DNA of 64,000 nt. Source: a virus (lineage: Duplodnaviria; Caudoviricetes). The stretch spans positions 32,001 through 96,000 of IMG/VR virus record IMGVR_UViG_3300028591_000072; one strand, 5' to 3'. Position 1 is the first letter of the stretch, and each line of letters opens with the position of its first letter. Of the stretch, positions 29,117 to 39,577 are shown in pieces. The notes beneath the pieces are model-generated. The model was not told the DNA's origin and did no database searches. It saw only the letters and a list, made by a program, of their open reading frames with translations. The position numbers and the translations under genes are program-made.

Positions 29117-29872
29117 TTAATCAAAATTTTTATATGTTCCGTTACTATTAAACAAATGTTTTGCAAAAGATTTATTATTATCTTCTTCTATTGTTTTATA
29201 ATTTCCATCAGCATCAATATATACATCGCCTTTTTTACTTGCGTAAAAATAATACATTTGTAGCATTAACGGATTTATTTCACCTTTATATGATATATAT
29301 GCATATCCGAAAAATATTGGGCCTGTTCTAGTTATTATCCAATCTTCCATGGCGTTTTTTTCATATTTATCAATTAAGCAATCAAGGCAAAATTTTAAAA
29401 ATGGATGTTTCTTTTTTGCAGCAAAAAAACAATTTGATATTGATGGATAATAATAATCAGTTGAGTTGCAAAAGATAAAATCAGCGTCAACATGTGACAA
29501 TTCAGAAAGCCCCCTATACACCTCGAAATCGGCATCAAAATAATATCCACCATACAAATATACGATATATAATCTTATAACATCAACATAAGCAGCGATT
29601 TCTTTCATTGATTCAGCAACTTCGAATATTTTTTTCCCATAATCATCAACAGATTCTTTAAGGAGTTGTATATTTTCATCACGCCATCCATAGATAGTCC
29701 AATCAAGTCCACTATAAGAAACCCAATCAAATATTTCTTTGTGGTAACATTCAGGAGGGTTTTCTCCTTTCCATATTACATGAATGTTTTTTTCAATTTC
29801 ATTTTTTTCAATTTCATTTAAATTTTCAGTTTCTCTTATTTTATATCTGTTTTTATTTCCTTGATATTTCAT
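29117..29872 (-). CDS. DXD-motif glycosyltransferase (GT32/OCH1-like)
   Basis: IHVIW, DVIRLYIVYLYGGYYFDAD, TGP. Confidence 0.85.
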   Translation of the reverse strand: MKYQGNKNRYKIRETENLNEIEKNEIEKNIHVIWKGENPPECYHKEIFDWVSYSGLDWTIYGWRDENIQLLKESVDDYGKKIFEVAESMKEIAAYVDVIRLYIVYLYGGYYFDADFEVYRGLSELSHVDADFIFCNSTDYYYPSISNCFFAAKKKHPFLKFCLDCLIDKYEKNAMEDWIITRTGPIFFGYAYISYKGEINPLMLQMYYFYASKKGDVYIDADGNYKTIEEDNNKSFAKHLFNSNGTYKNFD

Positions 29873-30073
29873 TATATAGCATTTTTTTTATTTAAATATA
29901 CAAAAAATATTTTTTTTTCAAAAGTTAATAATACTTATATTCATAAAAACATTTAGTATAGTGAGCCTATTTGATGTATGTTACCGAGGGCCGTTTACTC
30001 AAATAGTTTTCAGCGGGCATATGTCCCGCTTTTTTTATACCATAAACTATTTATACTTAAAGATTAAAATACA

Positions 30074-31000
30074 ATGGTTCCTGATTTAAATTGGATGAAA
30101 ACAAATTTTGAAGCCTTCAACAACAAATATTTTGAAGGGAAAATACCCATGCCAAGATTTAGTTATAATTGTCCTCCAGATTGTTTTGGACTTTATAACG
30201 CAGATGCACTATGTAATACATTTGGAACCAAAATCACAAAAATTAATAGTGCAGGCGAAATGTGCTTTACTAAAAAATATTCAAGAAAAGAGTTTGATGT
30301 ACAAACGACTTTGCTACATGAAATGATACATATGTACTGTGTAATGGTATTATGGCAAATGCCAACTCACGGAAGAACATTTCAATCAATAGCAAATAGA
30401 ATAAACGGAGACGGATGGAAAATCGCAGAACAAAATAATCTTACAGATGATGATGTACTAATTGATGGTAATGAAATTCCAGACATAAACGATGTTCAGC
30501 AGCAACAGCAAATTCAGAGACCACAATATGAAAACGAAATAAAACAACTGTATTTGAATATACAAAAAGCAGAAAATGCATTATCAAAACTTGAACAAAT
30601 GGCAAATATGAATGAGTGCAAAAGGCTTGTGATATCAGAAAAGCAAGAAAAACAATTAATAAAAGCACTAAGAGAAGAAGGAAACAAAAAACGTTCAATA
30701 GACCCATCAAAAGTTCTTCTATTAAAAAAGAAACTTGATGAAAAATTCATACCACTTGATTATGAAATAATGAAAGGCGGTGATGCCGAATGTATTAAAA
30801 TAGCAGGAAGATTAACACCAAAGACAAAACAAGTAATTGAAAAACTTTACGAGGAAGATTTGGCCGATTGGGCATCCGATGTTTGTAAAAATATGTTTTT
30901 AGACGAAAAAGATTGTGATGATTTTGCTAAACTTGTCGTTAATAGATGGTTAAATAATAAAATAAGTGTACATGGTATGCTTGATGTTAATTTTTATTAA
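30074..31000 (+). CDS. SprT-like zinc metalloprotease (paralog of 7948..9105)
   Basis: FNNKYFEGKIP; TLLHEMIH...THGRTF; late motif upstream. Confidence 0.75.
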   Translation: MVPDLNWMKTNFEAFNNKYFEGKIPMPRFSYNCPPDCFGLYNADALCNTFGTKITKINSAGEMCFTKKYSRKEFDVQTTLLHEMIHMYCVMVLWQMPTHGRTFQSIANRINGDGWKIAEQNNLTDDDVLIDGNEIPDINDVQQQQQIQRPQYENEIKQLYLNIQKAENALSKLEQMANMNECKRLVISEKQEKQLIKALREEGNKKRSIDPSKVLLLKKKLDEKFIPLDYEIMKGGDAECIKIAGRLTPKTKQVIEKLYEEDLADWASDVCKNMFLDEKDCDDFAKLVVNRWLNNKISVHGMLDVNFY

Positions 31001-31058
31001 AAAAACCGTTTGTAATATAAATAATTGATGGTAATTAACTATTTATATAAAAAAGCAT

Positions 31059-32165
31059 ATGGAAAATAGTATTATAATAGATTATAAAAATGGTTTATCA
31101 AGTATAAAGATATCAAAAAAATATAAAATTTCTAAAAAAAAGGTTCTGAATATTCTAAAAGAAAATAATATACAAACAAGAAAAACAAAAATAGAATTAA
31201 CACCTAGCCAAGAAAATAAAATAATAGAATTATATAGAAATAATGTTGAAAATGATATTATATGCAAAGAATTAAATGTGTGCGAAAGAAAAATTTATGA
31301 AACATTACTTAAATTTAATATTAAAAAGAAATCAAGAAATAAAATAACAGATGAAGAAAAAAATAAAATTTGTTCTGATTTTTTGAAAGGATTAACATTT
31401 AATGAAATTTTAAAAAAATATTCAATAAAAAATGAATGTACAATTTATTCAATTTTAAAAAATGGAGGAATAAAAACTAATAAAATCCCACATAATAAAA
31501 CACCTGAATTAATAAAAAACGAAATAATAAATAAATATATTAATGGTGAGAATATCTGTGAACTTCATGAAAAATATGGATTTGGAACAACAACAATTGC
31601 TAGGTGGATAAAAGAAAAAGGTGTAACAAGGACACTTTCTGACGCATTTACTCTTTCAGCAATAAAAGGAAGGAAACATTTTAGAGGAACGAACTTACCA
31701 TGGTACTCAACTAAAATGGATAAATGGTATGTAGCAGATTCAATTTGGGAGGCTGTCCGAATGGAACAATTAGATAATGACAATTCTGTATGCTTTTGGG
31801 AAAAATCAACAGATAGGATAAAATATAGCGATAAAAACGGAAAACAGCACTATTACATTCCAGATTTTAAAATAATATATACAAATAAAAAAATAGTTGT
31901 TGAAGAAATAAAGCCAAAAATATTAACGAAATTAGAATTAAATATTTTAAAATTTAATGCAGCAAAATTATTTTATAATAATAAAAATATTGAGTATAAA
32001 ATAATAACAGAAAATGAAATTGGAGAAGAAAATATAAAAAATTTTAATCCGGAAAATTTTATTAAATATACTAAAGAAATTCGAGAAAAAAGAAGAAAAG
32101 AATTAAGGAAGATTAGAAAAAACAAAAAAAGTGAAAAAAATAATAATAACAGAAAATCAATTTAA
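31059..32165 (+). CDS. HTH-repeat + TnsA-like PD-(D/E)XK endonuclease (putative homing endonuclease)
   Basis: Four repeated I..Y.NG.....I.K helical units; DSIWE...YIPDF...EEIKP. Confidence 0.7.
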   Translation: MENSIIIDYKNGLSSIKISKKYKISKKKVLNILKENNIQTRKTKIELTPSQENKIIELYRNNVENDIICKELNVCERKIYETLLKFNIKKKSRNKITDEEKNKICSDFLKGLTFNEILKKYSIKNECTIYSILKNGGIKTNKIPHNKTPELIKNEIINKYINGENICELHEKYGFGTTTIARWIKEKGVTRTLSDAFTLSAIKGRKHFRGTNLPWYSTKMDKWYVADSIWEAVRMEQLDNDNSVCFWEKSTDRIKYSDKNGKQHYYIPDFKIIYTNKKIVVEEIKPKILTKLELNILKFNAAKLFYNNKNIEYKIITENEIGEENIKNFNPENFIKYTKEIREKRRKELRKIRKNKKSEKNNNNRKSI

Positions 32166-32883
32166 TATTTTAAAAGAAATATCTTTTAAAGAAATTTCGG
32201 AAAGGTGTTCAGATATTAATACATCACCTTCAGATGCACAAATTAATGCTTCTAATTACAAGATGGGGCATTTTTACGTTAAAGGAATGCCAATATCAAT
32301 AGAAAACCCAATCGGCTCAAGGAGAAAATATAAAGACGAAAACGGAAACGATGGGTTTGTTATAATGAAGAATCATTACGGATATTTTACAAATACGACC
32401 GGAAACGGGAAAGACGGAGATGCTGTTGACGTTTTTATAGGGCCGTACCCTGATGATTTTGAAATGGTATATGTTATTGACCAGAACAACAAAGACGGAG
32501 AATTTGATGAGAGTAAGGTAATGATTGGATTCAAGTCAAGACAAGAGGCAAAAGAAGCCTATTTATCAAATTACAGTAAAAATTGGAGAGGATTTAGGGC
32601 AATAACGGGAGTGTCCTTAAAACTTTTCAAAAAATGGCTTTACAGAGGAAACAAACAAAGAAAACCATTTGCTGAATATGTTGAAATACAAAAGAAAAAA
32701 TTGGAAGAAGGAAAGCAAAAAATTGATGATTTTGATGAAAGGCTGAAAAAGGCTTATTTTATGGTTATTGACAGAAATATAACGATACAATCTGCTGCAC
32801 TAGCCAATTGTACAAGCGACCCAAACGATTGCCTTAGATTAATACAAGAATTAAAAAAAATGTTTAAAAGCCAATTTACATAA
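32131..32883 (+). CDS. inorganic-pyrophosphatase-like (InPase, polyvalent-protein type) domain protein
   Basis: YGY...GKDGDAVDVFIG...VIDQ...FDESKVMIGF...AYLSNY. Confidence 0.75.
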   Translation: MKKIIITENQFNILKEISFKEISERCSDINTSPSDAQINASNYKMGHFYVKGMPISIENPIGSRRKYKDENGNDGFVIMKNHYGYFTNTTGNGKDGDAVDVFIGPYPDDFEMVYVIDQNNKDGEFDESKVMIGFKSRQEAKEAYLSNYSKNWRGFRAITGVSLKLFKKWLYRGNKQRKPFAEYVEIQKKKLEEGKQKIDDFDERLKKAYFMVIDRNITIQSAALANCTSDPNDCLRLIQELKKMFKSQFT

Positions 32884-32949
32884 AACAATGGGGTAGCGAA
32901 TAATCGTTACCCCATTTTTATAGGTAATTATATAATTGTTGGCACAAGA

Positions 32950-33510
32950 TTATAAATCTTCTCCATTAGCTTTGTTTATTTCATTATCATAATATATTGT
33001 GAGATAATATTTACCATAATATTCCGCTATTCTAAACCAAACAGTGTTATCCTCTATCATACCATCAGATACTATCTGATAAAAATACGCATCATAAAGC
33101 TTATTATGACAAGTCATTTCATATGAAATATCTTCGTTTAGTGATATTTTTTCACCTCCAATAAGAACATACTTTTTATTATTATAAAATTGGCTAAACC
33201 ATGTGTTAAATTCTAGAATAATACTTGATTCATCATGTGTCTTTGTTTCGGCTAAATAAATTCTATACACTTTTTTATGATTTGTACATACGAATAAGTG
33301 AACAGAAGCACCATTAAATGTACCCTTTAAAATTGGTAATTGTTTACCTTCCATTTCAAATTTTTCAGTCATTTCTTGGAATCCCTTATTCTTTAATTTC
33401 TGTATCATTTCAGATGCAGTCCCGTCAACAGGAATACCCATAAAGTTCACTTGTGCATCAACTGTTAATGATGCTACAGCTAAAAACAGTATAAATAAAA
33501 TTTTCTTCAT
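32950..33510 (-). CDS. secreted hypothetical protein
   Basis: Signal peptide MKKILFILFLAVASLTVDA-Q followed by FMGIPVDG. Confidence 0.7.
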   Translation of the reverse strand: MKKILFILFLAVASLTVDAQVNFMGIPVDGTASEMIQKLKNKGFQEMTEKFEMEGKQLPILKGTFNGASVHLFVCTNHKKVYRIYLAETKTHDESSIILEFNTWFSQFYNNKKYVLIGGEKISLNEDISYEMTCHNKLYDAYFYQIVSDGMIEDNTVWFRIAEYYGKYYLTIYYDNEINKANGEDL

Positions 33511-33586
33511 AATTTATTATAATTTAAATAGTTATTATTCATTTTGTACCATCATGTACATAGTTCCATTTTTATATATAAATCAA

Positions 33587-34447
33587 TCAATAATTAAGAA
33601 CCAAAACCTCATCGGTTGTAGTTTTGTCCCTATCAAGTGCATGATATGAACAATTTGAATAAGTTTTGTCAAGATGCAAAACATTATATTTTTGTGCCCA
33701 ATCAATAAGTATTTTATTTTCCTTTCCTTTGTTGTAAAAAACGTTTGAAAGCGCAAACTTTATTCCTTTTTCGTTTATTTTATCCAAAAGTTCATACAGT
33801 TTGTTTTCCATCGTTTCGTTCCAACCGTCTTGTTCGTTATACGTTGCGCAGGTGATTAAATATGGAGGGTCACAATAAACAAAATCGTTTTCATTTAGTT
33901 TTTCATCTTTAAGTTCAATAAAATTTTTATTTGTAAAAATAATATTTTTATCAATAATTGATTTATGGAAATTTATTAGGTTTTTTTCTAACGATTTGTT
34001 AAAGTAACTTCTATCTTTTCCAAATGGCATGTTGAATTTTCCGTAACGATTAAAGCGTATTTGGTGGTTGAAACTATAGCATATTAATACAAACAAATCC
34101 AATGGATTCTTGTTATCACATTCGTTATAATATTCCCTAAATTCATTATATCCGTCAGAATTGGTAATTGACAATGAGTATTTTTCTATAACTCCATTGA
34201 TATATGACAATATTTCTTCAATGGAATACTTTTTGAATTCATTATAAATGTCTATGACGTTTTTATTTATGTCATTAGCTATTATTCTGTTTCCAAACAC
34301 ATTTATTGCTATATCACACCCGCCACAAAACAAATCAATGAAATCACCTTCAACACTTTCAGGAAATACCGGTAGTAATTGTTTTATAAGTTTATACTTA
34401 CCACCGGTATAATTCATTGGTGATTTTATAATGTTATTATTTTCCAT
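33587..34447 (-). CDS. dam: DNA adenine methyltransferase (T4 Dam-like)
   Basis: NYTGGKYKL, DLFCGG, RFN..GKFNMPFG, YCDPPY. Confidence 0.88.
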   Translation of the reverse strand: MENNNIIKSPMNYTGGKYKLIKQLLPVFPESVEGDFIDLFCGGCDIAINVFGNRIIANDINKNVIDIYNEFKKYSIEEILSYINGVIEKYSLSITNSDGYNEFREYYNECDNKNPLDLFVLICYSFNHQIRFNRYGKFNMPFGKDRSYFNKSLEKNLINFHKSIIDKNIIFTNKNFIELKDEKLNENDFVYCDPPYLITCATYNEQDGWNETMENKLYELLDKINEKGIKFALSNVFYNKGKENKILIDWAQKYNVLHLDKTYSNCSYHALDRDKTTTDEVLVLNY

Positions 34448-34448
34448 A

Positions 34449-35567
34449 TTAAGCTACAGTCACACAATTTTCAGGGCAAGTTATTTTAAATACATATCCT
34501 TTTTCATAATCATTTTCAAGAAGCTTATCTGTGAGTTTATCTTCGATATTCTCTTGGATTGACCTTATAATAGGTCTGGCGCCGAAATCCTTTTCTTCTT
34601 GGATTTCGTTAAGAATATATTTGACAACATCGTCATCGTATTCCATTGAATAACCCATATTTTCAAGTCTGCTTTCAAGTTTGTTGATTTCAATCCTGAT
34701 AATAGAATTCAAATCGTCATCATTCAATGTGTTGAAATAAATCACATCATTGATACGGTTAAGAAATTCAGGTGGAAATCTATTTTTCAATTGCTTCAGC
34801 AATATTCTCTTTGTATTTTCTTCTTCATTATTAGAAAATCCAATACCGTGGCCAAACTCGCTTGCAGCCTTAGCTCCAACATTTGAAGTAAATACAACAA
34901 TTACATTCTTAAAATCAACACGTTGGCCAGAGTTGTCTGTTAAGAATCCCTCGTCAAGCACTTGCAAGAAAATATTATACACCTCAGGGTCAGCTTTTTC
35001 AATTTCATCAAGCAAAAGAACACAGTGTTTCTTATTTTTGATTGTTTCAGTCAATTGGCCACCCTCTTCATATCCAACATAACCAGGATTTGAGCCAATG
35101 AGCTTATTGACTGAAACCTTATCTGAATATTCAGACATATCAAATCTCACAAGGGCCTTTTCATCACCAAACAACTCCTTAGCAAGTTTCTTTGCTAATA
35201 AAGTATTATGGCTTAATATTCCGTTTGTATAATATCTATGGTTTGAATTTTCACAAAGTTCTAAATCAAACATGTTTTCATACTCATTTGTACAAACAAC
35301 ATCCACAATTTTTTCTTCTCCGTTTTCAGTAATAATTGAATCACCAATATTAAGTTCTTTAGCAAAGACCTCATCCATGCTTGCGCTAAATAAAATATGG
35401 TCATCGGCGCATTCAATTAAATGATTTGTTGTTTTAATTATATATTTCAAATATGGAATTGTTTCATTAACAGTTTTTATATCAACAAATCCATTGTCCG
35501 TTAAAACCTCAAAACCACTAACATTAATCGTGTTTGTAAACTTTCTTTCAATATTATCAGATTTCAT
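34449..35567 (-). CDS. ClpB/ClpC C-terminal half preceded by split-intein C-fragment (IntC, 121 aa, 35205-35567)
   Basis: IECADDH (block B), YYTNGILSHN|TLLAK; then DMSEY, GYVGYEEGGQLTE, LLDEIEKA, FGARP. Confidence 0.92.
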   Translation of the reverse strand: MKSDNIERKFTNTINVSGFEVLTDNGFVDIKTVNETIPYLKYIIKTTNHLIECADDHILFSASMDEVFAKELNIGDSIITENGEEKIVDVVCTNEYENMFDLELCENSNHRYYTNGILSHNTLLAKKLAKELFGDEKALVRFDMSEYSDKVSVNKLIGSNPGYVGYEEGGQLTETIKNKKHCVLLLDEIEKADPEVYNIFLQVLDEGFLTDNSGQRVDFKNVIVVFTSNVGAKAASEFGHGIGFSNNEEENTKRILLKQLKNRFPPEFLNRINDVIYFNTLNDDDLNSIIRIEINKLESRLENMGYSMEYDDDVVKYILNEIQEEKDFGARPIIRSIQENIEDKLTDKLLENDYEKGYVFKITCPENCVTVA

Positions 35568-36708
35568 TGTTAAATAAAAATTTAATTAAGTTTTTTATTG
35601 TATTTTCTTTATTATTCCTATAATCATTTTCCCATATTTGCAACACTTCAAACCCATTTTCTTCTGCGACTTTTTTCTTTTTCTCATCAAACTCCCATAA
35701 TTCTTTACAAGTTTTATCTTTTTTAAATGGGTTTGGCATTTCATTTTCATTGAAAATCATAGGATTACCATGATATATATCTCCTTGAAACTCTATTATT
35801 TTTCTACGATTTAAATCTGTAAAATCATATATATAATTCACATTATTGTATCGTATACTATATTCATGATTTTTTTTACCATAAAACACATAATCACTAT
35901 CTTCTTTTTTATAATATTTTAAAATTTCATCAAATAAAGATTGTGATACTTCCGAATAACCAACATGTAAATTTCCTGATTTATGTAAAGTTTCTTGCCA
36001 TTTAAGTTGTCTTTCTTCCCATTTTTTTAAACCATCTTCTATTCCATATTTTTTAATACACTTTTCTTTTGAAAAAAATATTTGTTTTTTTGAGACAATT
36101 TCTTTAGCTTCTTCAATTGTACAACCACTAACATCAATCCAATACTCAGGGCATCTCCAACTTCTTTTTCTTACTTTTTCTTTATTTTCATTTGAATATT
36201 TTGAATATTCAGATTGAATTTTTTTTATGTTATCAATTGCTTCTTCTTTGGTATATCCACGACTAGTCCAATATTCCTCACAAAACCTACTTTTTTTCCT
36301 AAAAAAAGCATCTGCAAATTCTTTACCAACTTTTTTTTCAATAATTTCTTTACTGCATACTCCCCTATTTTTAACAAGCAAACTATTTTTTTGCTGTATT
36401 TCTGATATTTTTAATAATGATTCTTCTTCAGTAAAACCTTTATTAACCCAATATTCAACACATAATTTAGAACTCTTTTTCTTATTTTTTTTGAAATTAT
36501 CAACAAATTCCTTTCCGAAAATTGATTCCATTCTTACTTTATATGACATATTTTCGTGTGCTAAACAATTTTCGTTTGTACAAGTGGTTAATCTATATCT
36601 ATTATTACATTTTAACATTTGTTTATACCCTATTTCACATCCACAAATAGTACATTTTGGAGGATTACCTTCAGAAACAACTTTATTATTAATTAAAAAC
36701 TTATTCAT
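35557..36708 (-). CDS. free-standing Vsr/DUF559-like homing endonuclease between the split-intein halves
   Basis: Repeated EYW...G.T.EEA units; YDF...IIEFQGDIYHGNP...LQIWE; own late motif at 36725-36733. Confidence 0.8.
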   Translation of the reverse strand: MNKFLINNKVVSEGNPPKCTICGCEIGYKQMLKCNNRYRLTTCTNENCLAHENMSYKVRMESIFGKEFVDNFKKNKKKSSKLCVEYWVNKGFTEEESLLKISEIQQKNSLLVKNRGVCSKEIIEKKVGKEFADAFFRKKSRFCEEYWTSRGYTKEEAIDNIKKIQSEYSKYSNENKEKVRKRSWRCPEYWIDVSGCTIEEAKEIVSKKQIFFSKEKCIKKYGIEDGLKKWEERQLKWQETLHKSGNLHVGYSEVSQSLFDEILKYYKKEDSDYVFYGKKNHEYSIRYNNVNYIYDFTDLNRRKIIEFQGDIYHGNPMIFNENEMPNPFKKDKTCKELWEFDEKKKKVAEENGFEVLQIWENDYRNNKENTIKNLIKFLFNNEI

Positions 36709-36752
36709 AAATCTACATTTTATAATAAATAGTTGCTTATTGGAAAAACGGG

Positions 36753-38681
36753 TTATTTTATCATTTTTATGAAATCATTTATAGTAACTTTCTGTATTTC
36801 ACCAGTTTTTTTATTTCTAATAGTTATAAAAGTATCACCCGTAACGCATTTCCCAGTACCTGTCTTACCAATAGCCATATAGCTGTACATACATCCGTTA
36901 TTACTAAGTCCAACACGATTACGCTTTAATGCCTTGCAAACAGTGTCAACTGCTTCGTCTTGCCCAATAACAGTTTCTTTAAGCCTATCATTAATTCCTG
37001 AAAGTTTTTTCTTATCATCTGAATTAAGATTACTTACCGGAATACCAGTTTTAACAGAAATAAGATTGAGAATGTCATCAATTGTTACAGGAATATGATT
37101 TTCTTCCCTATCTTTTTCATAAGCATCCTTTTCGTCATTGTATTCTTTTTTCATCGCAATGATTTCTTTTGAAATGCCATCGGCACTTTCATAATCCTTT
37201 TCATTCTTGGCCTCTTCTAATTTATCTTCAAATAAAGAAATCTTTGATTTTAGTTCTTTCAGTTTTACGGGCTCGTTTGAAGTCCCATTTAAAGAGCCAA
37301 TTTCGTCAAGAATATCAATTGCTGAGTCCGGAAGATTACGTTCAGAAATATACTTGTCAGCAAGTTTCACACAAGCATCAACTACACCATCTTCGTATTT
37401 AACTTTATGGAAATCCTCATAAGACGTTTTAATTCCATTCAAAATCATAATTGATTCATTAATACTTGGAGATTCAACGATGATTTTTTGAAAACGTCTT
37501 GCAAGGCTTGGGTCTTTATCGAATGTTTTTCTATATGAAGAAAAATCTGAAGTGCCAATTACTTGTATTTCGCCTGTTTCAAGACCACGAGCAAGCATTG
37601 ATGAAATTTCAAAATCATTCTTTCCCTTATCGGCTAAAATTGCACCAATATTATCCATGAAAAGAATATAATTCTTATATTTTTTTACCTCATCCATGAC
37701 ACCCTTTACACGTTCTTCAAACATACCTCTAAGAGTGGTACCAGCCATCATTGCAGTCATATCAAGCGAAACAACACGCTTATTTATTAAGAAATCAGGA
37801 ACATCACCGTTTACAATTTTATAGGCAATGTGTTCACAAATTGCAGTTTTTCCAACACCTTCTCCGCCAACAAGTATTGTGTTGTTTTTATTTTTTCTTC
37901 CAAGTATTCTTATGATTTGTGAAATTTCTTTTTCACGCCCAATAATTGGTTCCATTTTTCCGCTCTCAGCAAGAGTATTCAAATCAACGCAATATTCATC
38001 AATATAAGGTGTTTTTGAATTGCTGTTTTTCTTTTTTTGCTTTTGTATCATCATTTCAGGAAGTTCTTCAATACTTTCTTTTAACTTTTTCATTGCTTCT
38101 TCAGGTGTTTTTGCTTGAATTATTTTAATATTTCCTTGACCAATATCGGTAAGCCCATCAACCGACATAACACCGTCACCGTCAAAAGAAACCAAATTAT
38201 CTTCCAACTTATTTTTAAAAACACCGTATGTCAATCCTGCTTTGTTAAAAACTTTTCGTATTTTATTGTTTTCATCGTCATCGTTTAAAATTGCCAAAAA
38301 AACGTGTTCAGAAGTCACTTCATTATTTTCAAGTTCTTTTGAAATTTTTTCTGCACTTTTTATAATCTCAACGAACTTACTATCCAATGTTGCTTTTCTG
38401 TTAGTCTTAACAGCGCTCAATGCTTTGGATGACACAACCTGATAAAAAGAGTTATAGATGGCATTCATTGTCGAAGTCATCATACACATTTCAAGTCTTT
38501 TAAATAAGTTGTTATTCTTTTGTACCAATGAACCAAGCAAAAAATAATTCAAATCAACAGTCAACGTTGGCAATTCCTTTGACAAATCATTAACTATAAA
38601 ATTTAAAAGTTCATTAAGTTCATTTGACATTTCAATACCGTCAAATGAATTTTCAATGTAAGTATTTTCAATCTCTGACAT
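36753..38681 (-). CDS. ClpB/ClpC N-terminal half ending in split-intein N-fragment (IntN, 31 aa, 36756-36848)
   Basis: Clp N-domain, IIGRE, GEGVGKT, GMFEERVK, LPDSAID, VIGQDEA, GKTGTGK|CVTGDTFI...stop. Confidence 0.92.
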   Translation of the reverse strand: MSEIENTYIENSFDGIEMSNELNELLNFIVNDLSKELPTLTVDLNYFLLGSLVQKNNNLFKRLEMCMMTSTMNAIYNSFYQVVSSKALSAVKTNRKATLDSKFVEIIKSAEKISKELENNEVTSEHVFLAILNDDDENNKIRKVFNKAGLTYGVFKNKLEDNLVSFDGDGVMSVDGLTDIGQGNIKIIQAKTPEEAMKKLKESIEELPEMMIQKQKKKNSNSKTPYIDEYCVDLNTLAESGKMEPIIGREKEISQIIRILGRKNKNNTILVGGEGVGKTAICEHIAYKIVNGDVPDFLINKRVVSLDMTAMMAGTTLRGMFEERVKGVMDEVKKYKNYILFMDNIGAILADKGKNDFEISSMLARGLETGEIQVIGTSDFSSYRKTFDKDPSLARRFQKIIVESPSINESIMILNGIKTSYEDFHKVKYEDGVVDACVKLADKYISERNLPDSAIDILDEIGSLNGTSNEPVKLKELKSKISLFEDKLEEAKNEKDYESADGISKEIIAMKKEYNDEKDAYEKDREENHIPVTIDDILNLISVKTGIPVSNLNSDDKKKLSGINDRLKETVIGQDEAVDTVCKALKRNRVGLSNNGCMYSYMAIGKTGTGKCVTGDTFITIRNKKTGEIQKVTINDFIKMIK

Positions 38682-38791
38682 AATTCAAAATTTCTTGTTG
38701 TTTGTGGATAAACATACAGAAATATTTTAAAAAAAACAAATATTTTGATTTTTGCGCTAAAATTGGTATATTATATAAAAATGTTTATTAT

Positions 38792-39517
38792 ATGATATTA
38801 AAGAAAATTTATGACGCAGAAGCAAAAACACAGAAGATTTGGTACGATTCATCCATGATATATTACACTGAAATGGTCGAGAATGAAACTGAAAATTGTG
38901 GTAATTTGTTTGTTGTTTTCAAGAACGGGCAAAAATATGTGTACAAGGATGTAAGATTTGAAGATTATGTTGTCTTTATAAATGGAGGAACTGATGTTTC
39001 TCAAGGAAAGACATTAAACAAGGTCATAAAAAACAAATATGACTATGAAAAAATCGGCGAAGCTGATATGGATGCTTTAAGGCTTGAATTTGAAAAAGAA
39101 AAAGAGGATGATTTTGATATCTTACACACATATTTTATATCTGGACATAGAAATATAACAGAGGAAGAGTTTGAAATAAACTACAAGCCATCAATAGAAT
39201 TTGCACTTTATGAAGACCAAAAAGCAAAATTTGTCGTTGGTGATTACTATGGTGTTGATATTATGGCACAAAATTATCTCGTTGATGTTCTTGGTGTTGA
39301 CCCAAATAGAATTACGGTTTATCATATGTTTGATTCACCAAGGAACAAAAACGAAAAGATAACGAAAACAAAAGGCGGTTTTACTTCAGATGAAGAAAGG
39401 GATGCCGCAATGACAAACGCTTCATCAAAGGATATTGCATTTGTTAGAGACAATACAAAAATATCAGGAACAGGCTCAAATATTTTAAGAAGATATTTAT
39501 TAAAAACTTTTAGTTAA
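38792..39517 (+). CDS. KTSC-like N-domain fused to a SLOG/YspA-like C-domain
   Basis: DSSMI...LFVVFKNGQKYVYKDV...SQGK; FISGHR...VVGD..GVD...ERDAAM...SGT. Confidence 0.6.
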   Translation: MILKKIYDAEAKTQKIWYDSSMIYYTEMVENETENCGNLFVVFKNGQKYVYKDVRFEDYVVFINGGTDVSQGKTLNKVIKNKYDYEKIGEADMDALRLEFEKEKEDDFDILHTYFISGHRNITEEEFEINYKPSIEFALYEDQKAKFVVGDYYGVDIMAQNYLVDVLGVDPNRITVYHMFDSPRNKNEKITKTKGGFTSDEERDAAMTNASSKDIAFVRDNTKISGTGSNILRRYLLKTFS

Positions 39518-39577
39518 TTTATACTATTTATGAATGAATAAAAGTAGAAAATAATAAACCAATAAAAAATATTTGAT

